From sequence record NC_061450.1: 64,000 nt of DNA; one strand, written 5' to 3'. The notes beneath the pieces are model-generated. The model had not been told where the DNA came from, ran no database searches, and saw only the letters and a program-made list of their open reading frames with translations. Numbering within the stretch: position 1 is the first letter of the stretch; each line of letters opens with the position of its first letter. This document shows positions 1 to 8,972 of the stretch, one piece after another. Made by a program: the position numbers and the translations under genes.

Positions 1-404
1 TCCGAGGCTTTCTTATCAATTTCGACAACAACCATCTTCCCAGAGAGGTCACTACACATAATGCGCTGAGGACAATGCTGAGCTAAGGCTAGTGCTGCAA
101 GCAACACACGGCCCCACACTCCTCCGAGAGTTACCTGAATGTTTAACTCAGGAACTGCAATCAGTTCTTGCATGGCAGTAAGATACTGCTCGGTGTCCTT
201 AATGCCAATGTCTTGCTCAGGTGCCTGTTTGTACGTTGCCTTGAGTTCGATAGATTTAGTTTCTAAAACGTACTCAAAGGCATTCGGGTCGGCTGCAATA
301 CGGCCCCACAGATCATCAGAAACTTCGATGCAGTCGGGACCATTGTGGTCCCTGCTGCGTCCGATGATTTGCCCCGTCTTTTCATTCACGCGGACAATTG
401 CCAT
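1..404 (-). CDS. Hypothetical protein, 3'-truncated by the window edge; possibly fibre-associated or a chaperone
   Basis: Hand translation: ATG at 404 directly follows the TAA of 405..1259 (TAAATG). MAIVRVNEKTGQIIGRSRDHNGPDCIEVSDDLW... stays open to base 1. Absent from the ORF track because it has no stop. Confidence 0.8.
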   Translation of the reverse strand, partial: MAIVRVNEKTGQIIGRSRDHNGPDCIEVSDDLWGRIAADPNAFEYVLETKSIELKATYKQAPEQDIGIKDTEQYLTAMQELIAVPELNIQVTLGGVWGRVLLAALALAQHCPQRIMCSDLSGKMVVVEIDKKAS

Positions 405-1259
405 TTAATCCCCCGTTGCCTGGTAAAAGAAGTCCCAATCCGCAACGTTCTGTCCAGTGGATTTAAGGATGAATCCACCAAGCAGGAAGTTCTCGTTGGA
501 TGCGCTGGTACCATCCAGATTGTAGATGGCATACGTCTTGGCTTGATTTACAGAAGCATTCAAGAACGTGATGTTTAAACTGGCGCAACGGTTGATAAAT
601 GGTGTGTTGAAGATTACGTGAACAGTGTCTTGGTTGCGTGAGAAAATCTGACGACCCATGTTCTGAGTAAAGCCGGTATTCAGATCGCGGTTAGAGGCAA
701 TGTATGCGTTTGGAATAGGCTGACCTGTAAGTGGGTCAAGCACCTGTGCTGCTGCATAATCGTCAATCGCGCTGTCACGTCCTGGGTTACCCGTAGGTCC
801 GGTAGGGCCCGTAGGTCCAACAGGGCCTGTGTCACCAGTAGCACCGATAGGACCCGTGTCACCAGTAGGTCCAATACGCCCCCGCTCACCTTTAACACCA
901 GGACAACCAGGAGCACCGTCGCGTCCATCACGACCATCAGCGCCTGGAGTACCCGGAATACCTTGCTTGCCCTGTGTACCTTCACGACCGCTTTTAAGCT
1001 GATCTGCTGTAGGCAGTCCTGAAACAGTGGCTTGAGTACCGTCTGGAAACACGATGGTAAACAGACCACTTTGAGTATCAAACTGAGCGGTACCCGCACG
1101 TTGAATCTTTTCAAGCTCGCTGGGCGGCGCAAAGGCTACTACTTTATCCGTTGTCTTCATCAGTACGTTACCGACGGGGCTGTTGCCACCGTCGAGCATA
1201 CTGGACTTAACTCTTGCTAAACTCATTTCAAAGTCCTCTAGCCAGTAAGCGACGTCCAT
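405..1259 (-). CDS. Collagen-like virion fibre protein with a C-terminal tail-fibre-type beta domain
   Basis: Uninterrupted G-X-Y run (GREGTQGKQGIPG...GPTGNPGRD); shared N-domain FD..SGL..I.F.DG....V.GLPT; C-terminal QNMGR...TVHVIFNTPF is typical of fibre tips. Confidence 0.8.
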   Translation of the reverse strand: MDVAYWLEDFEMSLARVKSSMLDGGNSPVGNVLMKTTDKVVAFAPPSELEKIQRAGTAQFDTQSGLFTIVFPDGTQATVSGLPTADQLKSGREGTQGKQGIPGTPGADGRDGRDGAPGCPGVKGERGRIGPTGDTGPIGATGDTGPVGPTGPTGPTGNPGRDSAIDDYAAAQVLDPLTGQPIPNAYIASNRDLNTGFTQNMGRQIFSRNQDTVHVIFNTPFINRCASLNITFLNASVNQAKTYAIYNLDGTSASNENFLLGGFILKSTGQNVADWDFFYQATGD

Positions 1260-1444
1260 TCAGGCTGACCGTTAGAGCCGTTGTACTCTGGGTTTTTGAC
1301 CATCGTGTTATTGATTGTCATACGTGCCCATCGCACACTGCCGTCCGCAGCCTGGTATCGAACTTTTGTTCCACCTGTAGCTAAATTAGCTACCCACTTG
1401 TCTGTACTCGGATCTTTGAAAGCTAATCTTGCATAAGCAGGCAT
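1238..1444 (-). CDS. Small fibre-associated protein (68 aa, three Trp-ended beta repeats)
   Basis: AAGGAG RBS; repeats RLAFKDPSTDKW / KVRYQAADGSVRW / TMVKNPEYNGSNGQPEW. Confidence 0.7.
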   Translation of the reverse strand: MPAYARLAFKDPSTDKWVANLATGGTKVRYQAADGSVRWARMTINNTMVKNPEYNGSNGQPEWTSLTG

Positions 1445-1453
1445 GATTGCTCC

Positions 1454-4342
1454 TTAACTGATTTCACTTGGCTCAAAGCACATGATTGGACGACGATATA
1501 CCTGATACACACCAACAGGAGCAGACTGACTGCCAAGATATTCTTTGGCGTTTGTACTCAGTGATTTCTCTGCTGTGAGTAACTTGGTACGGTCATGCGA
1601 CCACTGGCAACGTCCACAGGATTCTGCTTCGATTGATGCATCGCTGTCCCAGCCCGCAGTCTCAAACGTTTTGTGCCAGCCGTTGAAGTGGTGCGTAGAG
1701 AAGCCGCCGTTACCCGTCGAGCACAATACCATGTACTGATAGTCATTCTCCAACGTGATACCGTAGTTACTGCCTTTAGGCAATGCTGTACCTTGGTCGT
1801 TGTAGATAAGCTGCCAGCCTGTACGGTCACTCGGTCCAATAGACATATACAGAGGACGGCGGATGATCATCATGATACCGTTCTCTGCACCGTTGTTGCT
1901 TGTCTTGGTGCATCGTGCGTTGGCCGCAAGACTGCGACTTACTTCAAACAGGGTTGAGTTTGAGAAGTCTGTGTTATACAGGTTGGAGCTCCACTTAGGC
2001 AACTGGCTTGCTTCCGGCACGATAAAGTGGCGCTCAGCAAGTTCCAAAGTACCATAGCGGTCATACGCAAACACGATATACTCATAGCCAGCATCAATCT
2101 GAATGTTGTGTCCTTGAGTGCCAGGACCATTCCACTTCCAGTGAATCTGCCAGTCGTTGGTATCACGGCCAGGCGTACCATCAATCAAGTTATAGCTGCG
2201 CTGATAGATTTGCCACACACGAGCTTCGCCTGCTGAGAAGAACAGGCTTGATGGATTGTTTCGGTCACCACCACAGGCTAACAGATGGTCAGGTCCTGCT
2301 TCGTTGTACGCAATGTTGTTACCAACGCCGTCAAACATCGCCCAGTTCATCATCAGGTGAGAGGTACACAACTCGTTTGGACCGCTGTCATCTGTTGTTG
2401 TAACCAGATACTCAGTGAGGTTGGCAAACGGATAGTTGACCTGACTAGCACCAGCACCACTGTACACACGCACCCAGTCATGAGACTCAACAAGAGGCAC
2501 AGGGATGCATGGGTTTTCAACGCTTACCACAAAGTGAGTATTGTCTGTCAGAGGCAGCTTCTTAAAGCGTAGGTCAGTGATGCGTGCCTCATGGTCAACA
2601 CCGTAGGACTTTTGTGCGTCTACGCTGTCAATCTCTTTGTAGTAGTTCATGTGGGCACTTTTGGTATTCTCAAACAAACCAGCAATGCTCATGTTTACAG
2701 GCGTGATAGCATTAGTGCCTGTGATGTACGGGTTGTTGTTTCGATCAAAATGATAGCCAACATCAAAGTGCGCTTCTGGGTCACTCTCTTTCGTACCTTT
2801 CAACATTTCGTTGTAGGCATTACCCTCACCAACACCAGGACTGCCGAAGCAGTTGTACGCAGCGCGGTAGTAGAACTTGCTACCTTCAAAGATGCGGCGT
2901 GATGCGCCAATGCGATACATGGCAGCAGGCAAGCCACCAGCAGTTCGGTTGTACGCTGCCTCATCAAACATTGTGACCAGCACAAAGTAATCAGCACTGA
3001 TACTGTTGAGGAAGTTAGCACAAGCTGCGGCCGCTGCCTGTCCATCAGCACTACCCTGCCCCTGTCCGTGCAGGTCAAAACGTTGTCTGTTGATCAGTGC
3101 ATGGTCGGACTTTCTAATCTGGTAAACAGTCAGGCCACGAGCTTCGGTGTATACCTGATTGTTGATTGACGTATAGCCTGGGTAAGTTTGACCAAGACTC
3201 AAATCAGCACCAGGAACACCGTAGCCAACAACACGACAAAAGATGTAGCTGCGATTCTGTAGTCCAACGCCAATGCTTGATGCCCAATCGATTCTGTGTG
3301 TGCCTTTAGCAAGTCCTGATTGCCAAGAATCTGGCTTGTAAGGATTGGTTGTTATGTCAAACGACACAGCATAGCCATCACCGATATTGACACAGCAACG
3401 ATCTCGATAAAACACAGGACTGTTAACGCGAGTATCATCTGTCATGTCAACGGCCTGCTGGAAGAACTGCAACCACGGGCCAGACTGTCCGTTGATAGAT
3501 CCGGGTCCGCCCACAGTGCCTACACTAAACTGATAGGCAGCACTGATGCGCGTTGTTTCTTGGATGTGCAACGAAGGAACGTTTGTCCAACCGATGTGGT
3601 CACTGTACGTCTGCTTGCTGCGCTGCAATCCATTCTCCGTAGCAACAACATAAGCAGCGCCGTTACTGACAATACCCAATCCACCATAGATGGCGTTGAA
3701 GTTTGAATTGCCTTCAAATGGACCTTTCTGGAGAACGATAACACTCACGCCTGCCTTGATAGCGTCACGCAAGGCTGCACAGAAGTTGCTGTCCATCGTC
3801 TGGCCAGGAGCACTCAGCAACAGGATGATACCGCTGAACTGATGGAAGTAGTGAGATTGCCCATCGTATCCGTATGCGCCTCCAACTACTTCGCTGTACA
3901 TGTGAGGCAGGATGTCCATCTGGCTACGTTTCAGATGAGCAACAAACTGGCCCCAGTTATTGTAGTTGGTCTGATCATCGATAGAGGCATAATCACTCAT
4001 GACCAACCAACTAGTGCCTTCTGCCGTGTTGGCATTGTATCTGATCTGAGTCATCAACTGACGCAGGCAACCAATGTTGTTGTATGTCTTGTTCTGGTAG
4101 TCACCCACCCAGCCTTGACCTGATACAACAGCAATTGAGCCTTGTCGTGTAAACTGTCCGTTCATAAACACTGAACCAAAGCCGCACACATATCCTAATG
4201 CGGAGCCTTCAATGTTGAACGATGTAAAGCCTCTGCCGTCAATAGGCATTGCGTTGGCTTCTGCCTCAGAACCTCCTCCAGGACCGCCGGTAAACAGTGG
4301 AGTAAGTCCTCGAGCATAAAGCGTGCTGGTTCTAATTGTCAT
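1454..4342 (-). CDS. Large fibre/adhesin protein with an ILEI/PANDER (GG-type lectin-like) domain and three C-terminal repeats
   Basis: RGLTVYQI...RFDLH...ANFLNSI...VLVTMFDEA...AMYRIGAS...RAAYNCFG.PG matches the ILEI pattern; C-terminal W..(Y/W)..G...Y.Y.V...H...RR repeats. Confidence 0.7.
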   Translation of the reverse strand: MTIRTSTLYARGLTPLFTGGPGGGSEAEANAMPIDGRGFTSFNIEGSALGYVCGFGSVFMNGQFTRQGSIAVVSGQGWVGDYQNKTYNNIGCLRQLMTQIRYNANTAEGTSWLVMSDYASIDDQTNYNNWGQFVAHLKRSQMDILPHMYSEVVGGAYGYDGQSHYFHQFSGIILLLSAPGQTMDSNFCAALRDAIKAGVSVIVLQKGPFEGNSNFNAIYGGLGIVSNGAAYVVATENGLQRSKQTYSDHIGWTNVPSLHIQETTRISAAYQFSVGTVGGPGSINGQSGPWLQFFQQAVDMTDDTRVNSPVFYRDRCCVNIGDGYAVSFDITTNPYKPDSWQSGLAKGTHRIDWASSIGVGLQNRSYIFCRVVGYGVPGADLSLGQTYPGYTSINNQVYTEARGLTVYQIRKSDHALINRQRFDLHGQGQGSADGQAAAAACANFLNSISADYFVLVTMFDEAAYNRTAGGLPAAMYRIGASRRIFEGSKFYYRAAYNCFGSPGVGEGNAYNEMLKGTKESDPEAHFDVGYHFDRNNNPYITGTNAITPVNMSIAGLFENTKSAHMNYYKEIDSVDAQKSYGVDHEARITDLRFKKLPLTDNTHFVVSVENPCIPVPLVESHDWVRVYSGAGASQVNYPFANLTEYLVTTTDDSGPNELCTSHLMMNWAMFDGVGNNIAYNEAGPDHLLACGGDRNNPSSLFFSAGEARVWQIYQRSYNLIDGTPGRDTNDWQIHWKWNGPGTQGHNIQIDAGYEYIVFAYDRYGTLELAERHFIVPEASQLPKWSSNLYNTDFSNSTLFEVSRSLAANARCTKTSNNGAENGIMMIIRRPLYMSIGPSDRTGWQLIYNDQGTALPKGSNYGITLENDYQYMVLCSTGNGGFSTHHFNGWHKTFETAGWDSDASIEAESCGRCQWSHDRTKLLTAEKSLSTNAKEYLGSQSAPVGVYQVYRRPIMCFEPSEIS

Positions 4343-4355
4343 TGCTGTTCCTTAG

Positions 4356-4374
4356 AGGGAGGACAAGCCTCCCT
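4356..4374 (-). other. Intergenic RNA hairpin (AGGGAGG-5 nt loop-CCTCCCT) with no U-tract
   Basis: Perfect 7-bp inverted repeat between two fibre genes, just upstream of the RBS of 1454..4342. Confidence 0.5.
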
Positions 4375-4382
4375 GAGAAGGC

Positions 4383-6401
4383 TTAACCGAATACGATGTT
4401 TGTTACTGCGAGATATGCCAAGTCGTTTGAATCACCTCGGTCACCGCCACCAAACGCATACAGCCAAATCTCTTCACCAGCAGGAATGTTGGTGTTGAAA
4501 GTAATCGTCTGCATCTGTGTGTTGGAGAAGACACGCTGTGCTGCACCACGACCTGCGTAGCGCTCAAAGATGGACATATCATGCCAGCTACCGTTGTTAC
4601 CATCAAAGCGCCACTGGAAAGTAATCTGCTTGATTGGCTTGACGAAGCTGTTGTTGAACTTGAGCCAGCCTTGTGAGCCACCCCAGAAGTTCATGTAGCC
4701 GCCGTTGTCGCTGTGAGTAGTCTCCACACCACCACTAACAGTACGGCCACCGTCTTGAGTAAACGCATATGCGAACCAAGGCAGGGCGTCTGCGAATGGA
4801 GGATTGGTTGCTCCACCTTCGATAACAACACAACGGTAAGGCACGAGGAAGTCACTAACATCAATCTTTGGAGGCTGCACTGGACAGTAAACAAAATACT
4901 GCCAGTCACAACCAATTGGTGCTGTGACGCGTACCACGATGTTTTGACGCAGAGTATGCTCAGGGTACTTCCAGAACTCCAACGTACCACTAGCTCCAGC
5001 AGGCAAGATCTCAGTGTCCAGCAAGTTCATTGCCTGATCGAACACTTCAAACTTGGTTGCAAAGCTACCGCTGTTTACCTGAACCAGACCTGCACGAATA
5101 TCAGTCTGACCACCAAGAGCAAAGCAGTCTTCCGTGATTGGGTGACCCATACTATTAACTGAATAGCTTTCACATGGGTGACGATACTCACGCGCACCAC
5201 GCTCGGAAGGACAATACAGGTTATAGTAGTTGGATGCCAGACTAGCGGCCGAGCCGAAGTCTTTGCTGACAACACGAATCATCAAGTCATAGCAAGCTGA
5301 CGTAGTTGGGTCAAACAGGAAGTAGAGATAACCATCACCTGTTTGTGCATCAAGCGTGGTAGCAATACGATGGCCTGAGTGATAGACCTCGATAAAGTCG
5401 AATGTTTCCCACGAGGTATAGTCGAGGTACATCCATCCGGCTACCACGCCAATGTAATGATAATACTCAAAGGCATTTGCATCCTGTATACGCTCAGCAA
5501 TAGGATACACTGATGCATGACAAGGAGCAGGGAAGATTGGCGTGCCTATGTAGTCAGGATGAACAACGTCAGGGAAGTTGATAACGTCATAGCTAAGCTG
5601 GCTGTTCAGTTCCAAATTACCACGGTCAGACGTTACGACCAAGCGTGGAGGAAACACTTGAAGTGACCAATGTGCACCAGGTTCTGTACGCACACGAATC
5701 ATGATGCGCATGTCATCTGCATCTGGGTCAAATTGGAACTTGATACGACTACGACCACCAACACGCCCACACGTTGAGGCAACACGTACACCCATGTGGT
5801 ATACGTCAACGCTCATGCCTTTGGCAACATAGGATGCGAACATGAGTTCAACAAATCCTTCGATGCTCGGCATGGCGAACACTGTTTCTGTTATGGCTGC
5901 ACCGCGACCGTGAACACTGGCATAAGGCAAGTTTGGGTTAGCATAAGTACCAAGTCCTGTGCGGGAACCGGCACCCACTGGGTCATAGGACTCGAACGTC
6001 TTGATACCAGGACGATTGATACTACGACCAGTAGGCGCTGCACCGTTGTTGATAAGACCAAAGCCAACACGTCCAGCATCAGGCAAGTCATAGCCAGCAG
6101 GATATCCAGCAAGCTGATCGTACTTGGGACCACGCGAGCCATCACCTGTACCACTGCCTTTCGTTTGTGACGTAGGCCCACCGCCGCACTCTCCTGTTTC
6201 GAGATTGAGGCAAGGGTCATCATACGTTGGGTCAAACGAGTCATCGATTGCGTGCCAACGCTTGCCATACAAGTTGCGCACACTAAACTTTTCAGGCAGC
6301 AACGGCGCCCAATCACCTTGCTGTGTGCGCACGTACATCGGAGTATCAATGCAGTCAAGCCAGGCGTTGTTCGCTCTGTTTCTAACACGAAAACGTGCCA
6401 T
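4383..6401 (-). CDS. Virion fibre-associated protein with three internal beta-sandwich-like repeats
   Basis: GGAG RBS; repeated motif G.....Y.S......VDVYH.G.R.A.T.....G...(I/L).F.FDP....(I/L)M.RV. Confidence 0.7.
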   Translation of the reverse strand: MARFRVRNRANNAWLDCIDTPMYVRTQQGDWAPLLPEKFSVRNLYGKRWHAIDDSFDPTYDDPCLNLETGECGGGPTSQTKGSGTGDGSRGPKYDQLAGYPAGYDLPDAGRVGFGLINNGAAPTGRSINRPGIKTFESYDPVGAGSRTGLGTYANPNLPYASVHGRGAAITETVFAMPSIEGFVELMFASYVAKGMSVDVYHMGVRVASTCGRVGGRSRIKFQFDPDADDMRIMIRVRTEPGAHWSLQVFPPRLVVTSDRGNLELNSQLSYDVINFPDVVHPDYIGTPIFPAPCHASVYPIAERIQDANAFEYYHYIGVVAGWMYLDYTSWETFDFIEVYHSGHRIATTLDAQTGDGYLYFLFDPTTSACYDLMIRVVSKDFGSAASLASNYYNLYCPSERGAREYRHPCESYSVNSMGHPITEDCFALGGQTDIRAGLVQVNSGSFATKFEVFDQAMNLLDTEILPAGASGTLEFWKYPEHTLRQNIVVRVTAPIGCDWQYFVYCPVQPPKIDVSDFLVPYRCVVIEGGATNPPFADALPWFAYAFTQDGGRTVSGGVETTHSDNGGYMNFWGGSQGWLKFNNSFVKPIKQITFQWRFDGNNGSWHDMSIFERYAGRGAAQRVFSNTQMQTITFNTNIPAGEEIWLYAFGGGDRGDSNDLAYLAVTNIVFG

Positions 6402-6410
6402 AGCTACTCC

Positions 6411-6899
6411 TTAATCCCTGATCCACAGCGCCCCAGGAGAAACTTCGTTGTCGATGGCAGGGTCGGACGACTGAATGTAAACTTCCAACTTACCAGCAGC
6501 ACCTGTAGCACCAGTAGCACCCGTTTGACCTGTAGGACCTGGAGGCCCACGAAAGCCGATAACACCCTGCTTACCCTGAGCACCTTCGGTACCACGAGAC
6601 CCAGGACAGCCATCAGATCCCCGCTGCCCATCGCGACCAAACAGTCCGTTGAGACCATCACTACCATCACGTCCAGGAACACCAGCAGGACCATATCCGA
6701 TATCGTTAATAGTAGGCAGTCCGTTGATGACCAGCTTACCTATGTTGGGGATATTGATGCTGAGCTGTCCGTTGTTTCTATCAAACACACCATCAAGGAT
6801 ATCGCTAGACAGAGGACGAATTACTAGGCCCTGTTGCTCTGATACTACTTCACCATCAGAGTCAGAGCGCAGCATTCTTAAATCAACTTTAGTAACCAT
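6411..6899 (-). CDS. Collagen-like protein
   Basis: G-X-Y run GPAGVPGRDG...GATGAAG; GLPT N-domain; ends DP...GALWIRD. Confidence 0.85.
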   Translation of the reverse strand: MVTKVDLRMLRSDSDGEVVSEQQGLVIRPLSSDILDGVFDRNNGQLSINIPNIGKLVINGLPTINDIGYGPAGVPGRDGSDGLNGLFGRDGQRGSDGCPGSRGTEGAQGKQGVIGFRGPPGPTGQTGATGATGAAGKLEVYIQSSDPAIDNEVSPGALWIRD

Positions 6900-6909
6900 C
6901 TCTTACCTC

Positions 6910-7539
6910 TTATGGCCAAACTGAACCTTGATCGATATTCGGGTTAACCCATACAGTTCCTGCTGCTACGTTGCCTGGGTTAGTAGCGCTGACAATGATT
7001 GACAGACGACCACTTGGACCTGGAGCACCAGTTGGGCCTGTAGGACCCGTTGCACCTGTAGCGCCTGTAGGACCCGTACCGCCACGAGGGCCAGTAGGAC
7101 CCGTACCACCATCAGGGCCAGGAACGCCTGTGGGACCGCGTCCGCCATCTGGGCCAGGCAGACCAGGACGCCCATCTTTACCAGGACGTCCTTGTTGGCC
7201 TTCATTACCATCAGGACCCGTACAGCCAGGCTCACCCGGGGCACCGTCTCGTCCATCACGACCATCTTTACCATCAGCGCCTGTCTCACCACGACCACCC
7301 TGACGACCTACAGGGATATCACTTGCTGTGGGAAACCCTTTGACGTTGACAGTATCGCCGTTAGCAAACGTCAGGCTGAGCACGCCACTTGTTTCATCAT
7401 ACACACCTTCTGTGATTTCAGCGGTGGCAGTAGATTCAAGGCTAGACACAACCAGCTTGCTGTTCTGTGCTCGTAGGATACTTGAGGAGGCGGAGCTTCC
7501 GGTGCTGATTTGACTACTTTTTACTTTTACGAGACTCAT
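6910..7539 (-). CDS. Collagen-like protein
   Basis: Long G-X-Y run [10 protein letters not shown]...GAPGPSG; GFPT N-domain; ends [14 protein letters not shown]. Confidence 0.85.
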   Translation of the reverse strand: MSLVKVKSSQISTGSSASSSILRAQNSKLVVSSLESTATAEITEGVYDETSGVLSLTFANGDTVNVKGFPTASDIPVGRQGGRGETGADGKDGRDGRDGAPGEPGCTGPDGNEGQQGRPGKDGRPGLPGPDGGRGPTGVPGPDGGTGPTGPRGGTGPTGATGATGPTGPTGAPGPSGRLSIIVSATNPGNVAAGTVWVNPNIDQGSVWP

Positions 7540-8972
7540 TATGTTTTCTCCGCCTGCGCAACGATGTCCGTATTATGAACCAAAATATCACCAACGTAAT
7601 AGCAATCATAAGGCTCAACATCAATGTCCACGGTTGAAACAGTTTCGTCATGGCGTTCACACTGAATGACACGCACAGGACCCTTGCGACCAACGACTAA
7701 ATCACCCTTGACGATTTCACGAGCGGGCACATACATCCAATTGTCTCGCTTGACCAGGACAGGGTGCTCATGCGTAAAGCGCTGTCCGTTGATCAGGAAG
7801 TAGTGGTCCTCTTGACCGTAGCGCAAGGCACGCACCGCTGCGTAATCATTACGGCCTGTGATAGCACGCGCAGACCACTCACGGAACTGTTTAGGCTGAT
7901 TGGTACGAGCAAGCAAGCTGTCACCAACTTGAATCTGCTCTACCTTCATAGTTCCCATCAGGGTTTCAACATCAGAGCCAAACACAATACAACCACGCTG
8001 CACACCTTGAGGGTTACGTGCAACGAAAGTGATTGAGCTTGAAGCAACTGCCGTAGGTCTTGATGTTTGGCCCAAGTCTGTTACAACGCAGGTAATTGTG
8101 CCGCGCAGAACTTTCTCGGAACCAGGTTCGACACGTCCATCAAACTTAATCTGAACGGTGTCTGTGGTGTCATCAGCAATGGTGATGTTATCCATCTTGC
8201 TGATTGACCACTTGTACTTGTAACCACCACGACCACCACGAACGTTAACAGGCAGGTAGGCAAGAGAGTTGAACAAGTCGCTGCCCTGTACTGATCGCTG
8301 ACCAACCATACTCACGTTAGAGCATGATGCAGACAGCACTTGAATAGTAGGCAGAGGAGGTGCAGGCGTACCAGCAGCAGTAGGATAAAGCCAAGCAAAC
8401 ACTCTGCTATCGCCGGGTGTTACTGTGCTTACTACAGCAGTGGTGATGGGCGCGGGACCCGTAGGACCTGTAGGACCGGCGATGCAGCTTGGACCGTCAT
8501 TACCACGAGGCCCGATAGGCCCCGTTGGTCCTGGTGGGCCTACTGGACCCGGATTGCCTGGGTCACCTTGATATCCATCGTAACCGGTCTGTCCCTGAAT
8601 ACCATCATCGCCGTCATTGCCGTCAGGCCCAGTGAGACCACGCTCACCAGGACGTCCAGCACATCCAACAGTACCTGTCTCACCATCACGACCGTCTCGA
8701 CCGTCTCGACCAGGAGCTCCTGGAGCACCACGTTTACCCGGCTTACCTGAACCAAACGCAGACAGCGTTGGCAGGCCTGCTACTTGCAACACATCACCAT
8801 TCTTCTTGATGAATGTTAGCAGGCCCATGTTGCTGTCAAAGCGTATCTTGCCAATTGATTTAAGGGTTTCGAGATCTGACGCAACGTACTCGACTACGCC
8901 ATTCTCAGACACAGCCTCTTTGCCGCTATCGTTCGGGTCAGTCTCAATGTCTGATAATCTCAGCGTTGTCAT
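7539..8972 (-). CDS. Collagen-like fibre protein with an Ig-like domain and a C-terminal Hint domain
   Basis: G-X-Y run; beta-sandwich [11 protein letters not shown]...ITCVVTD; Hint motifs CIVFG / FTHEHP / LVHN-T. Confidence 0.85.
   Translation of the reverse strand: MTTLRLSDIETDPNDSGKEAVSENGVVEYVASDLETLKSIGKIRFDSNMGLLTFIKKNGDVLQVAGLPTLSAFGSGKPGKRGAPGAPGRDGRDGRDGETGTVGCAGRPGERGLTGPDGNDGDDGIQGQTGYDGYQGDPGNPGPVGPPGPTGPIGPRGNDGPSCIAGPTGPTGPAPITTAVVSTVTPGDSRVFAWLYPTAAGTPAPPLPTIQVLSASCSNVSMVGQRSVQGSDLFNSLAYLPVNVRGGRGGYKYKWSISKMDNITIADDTTDTVQIKFDGRVEPGSEKVLRGTITCVVTDLGQTSRPTAVASSSITFVARNPQGVQRGCIVFGSDVETLMGTMKVEQIQVGDSLLARTNQPKQFREWSARAITGRNDYAAVRALRYGQEDHYFLINGQRFTHEHPVLVKRDNWMYVPAREIVKGDLVVGRKGPVRVIQCERHDETVSTVDIDVEPYDCYYVGDILVHNTDIVAQAEKT
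7572..7991 (-). other. Hint (intein-like/BIL) autoprocessing domain, Cys328-Asn467, no endonuclease
   Basis: C1 (TGT at 7991-7989), block B TxxH (THEH), block F VDIDV..Y..YYVG, terminal His-Asn (7577-7572), then Thr. Confidence 0.85.
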
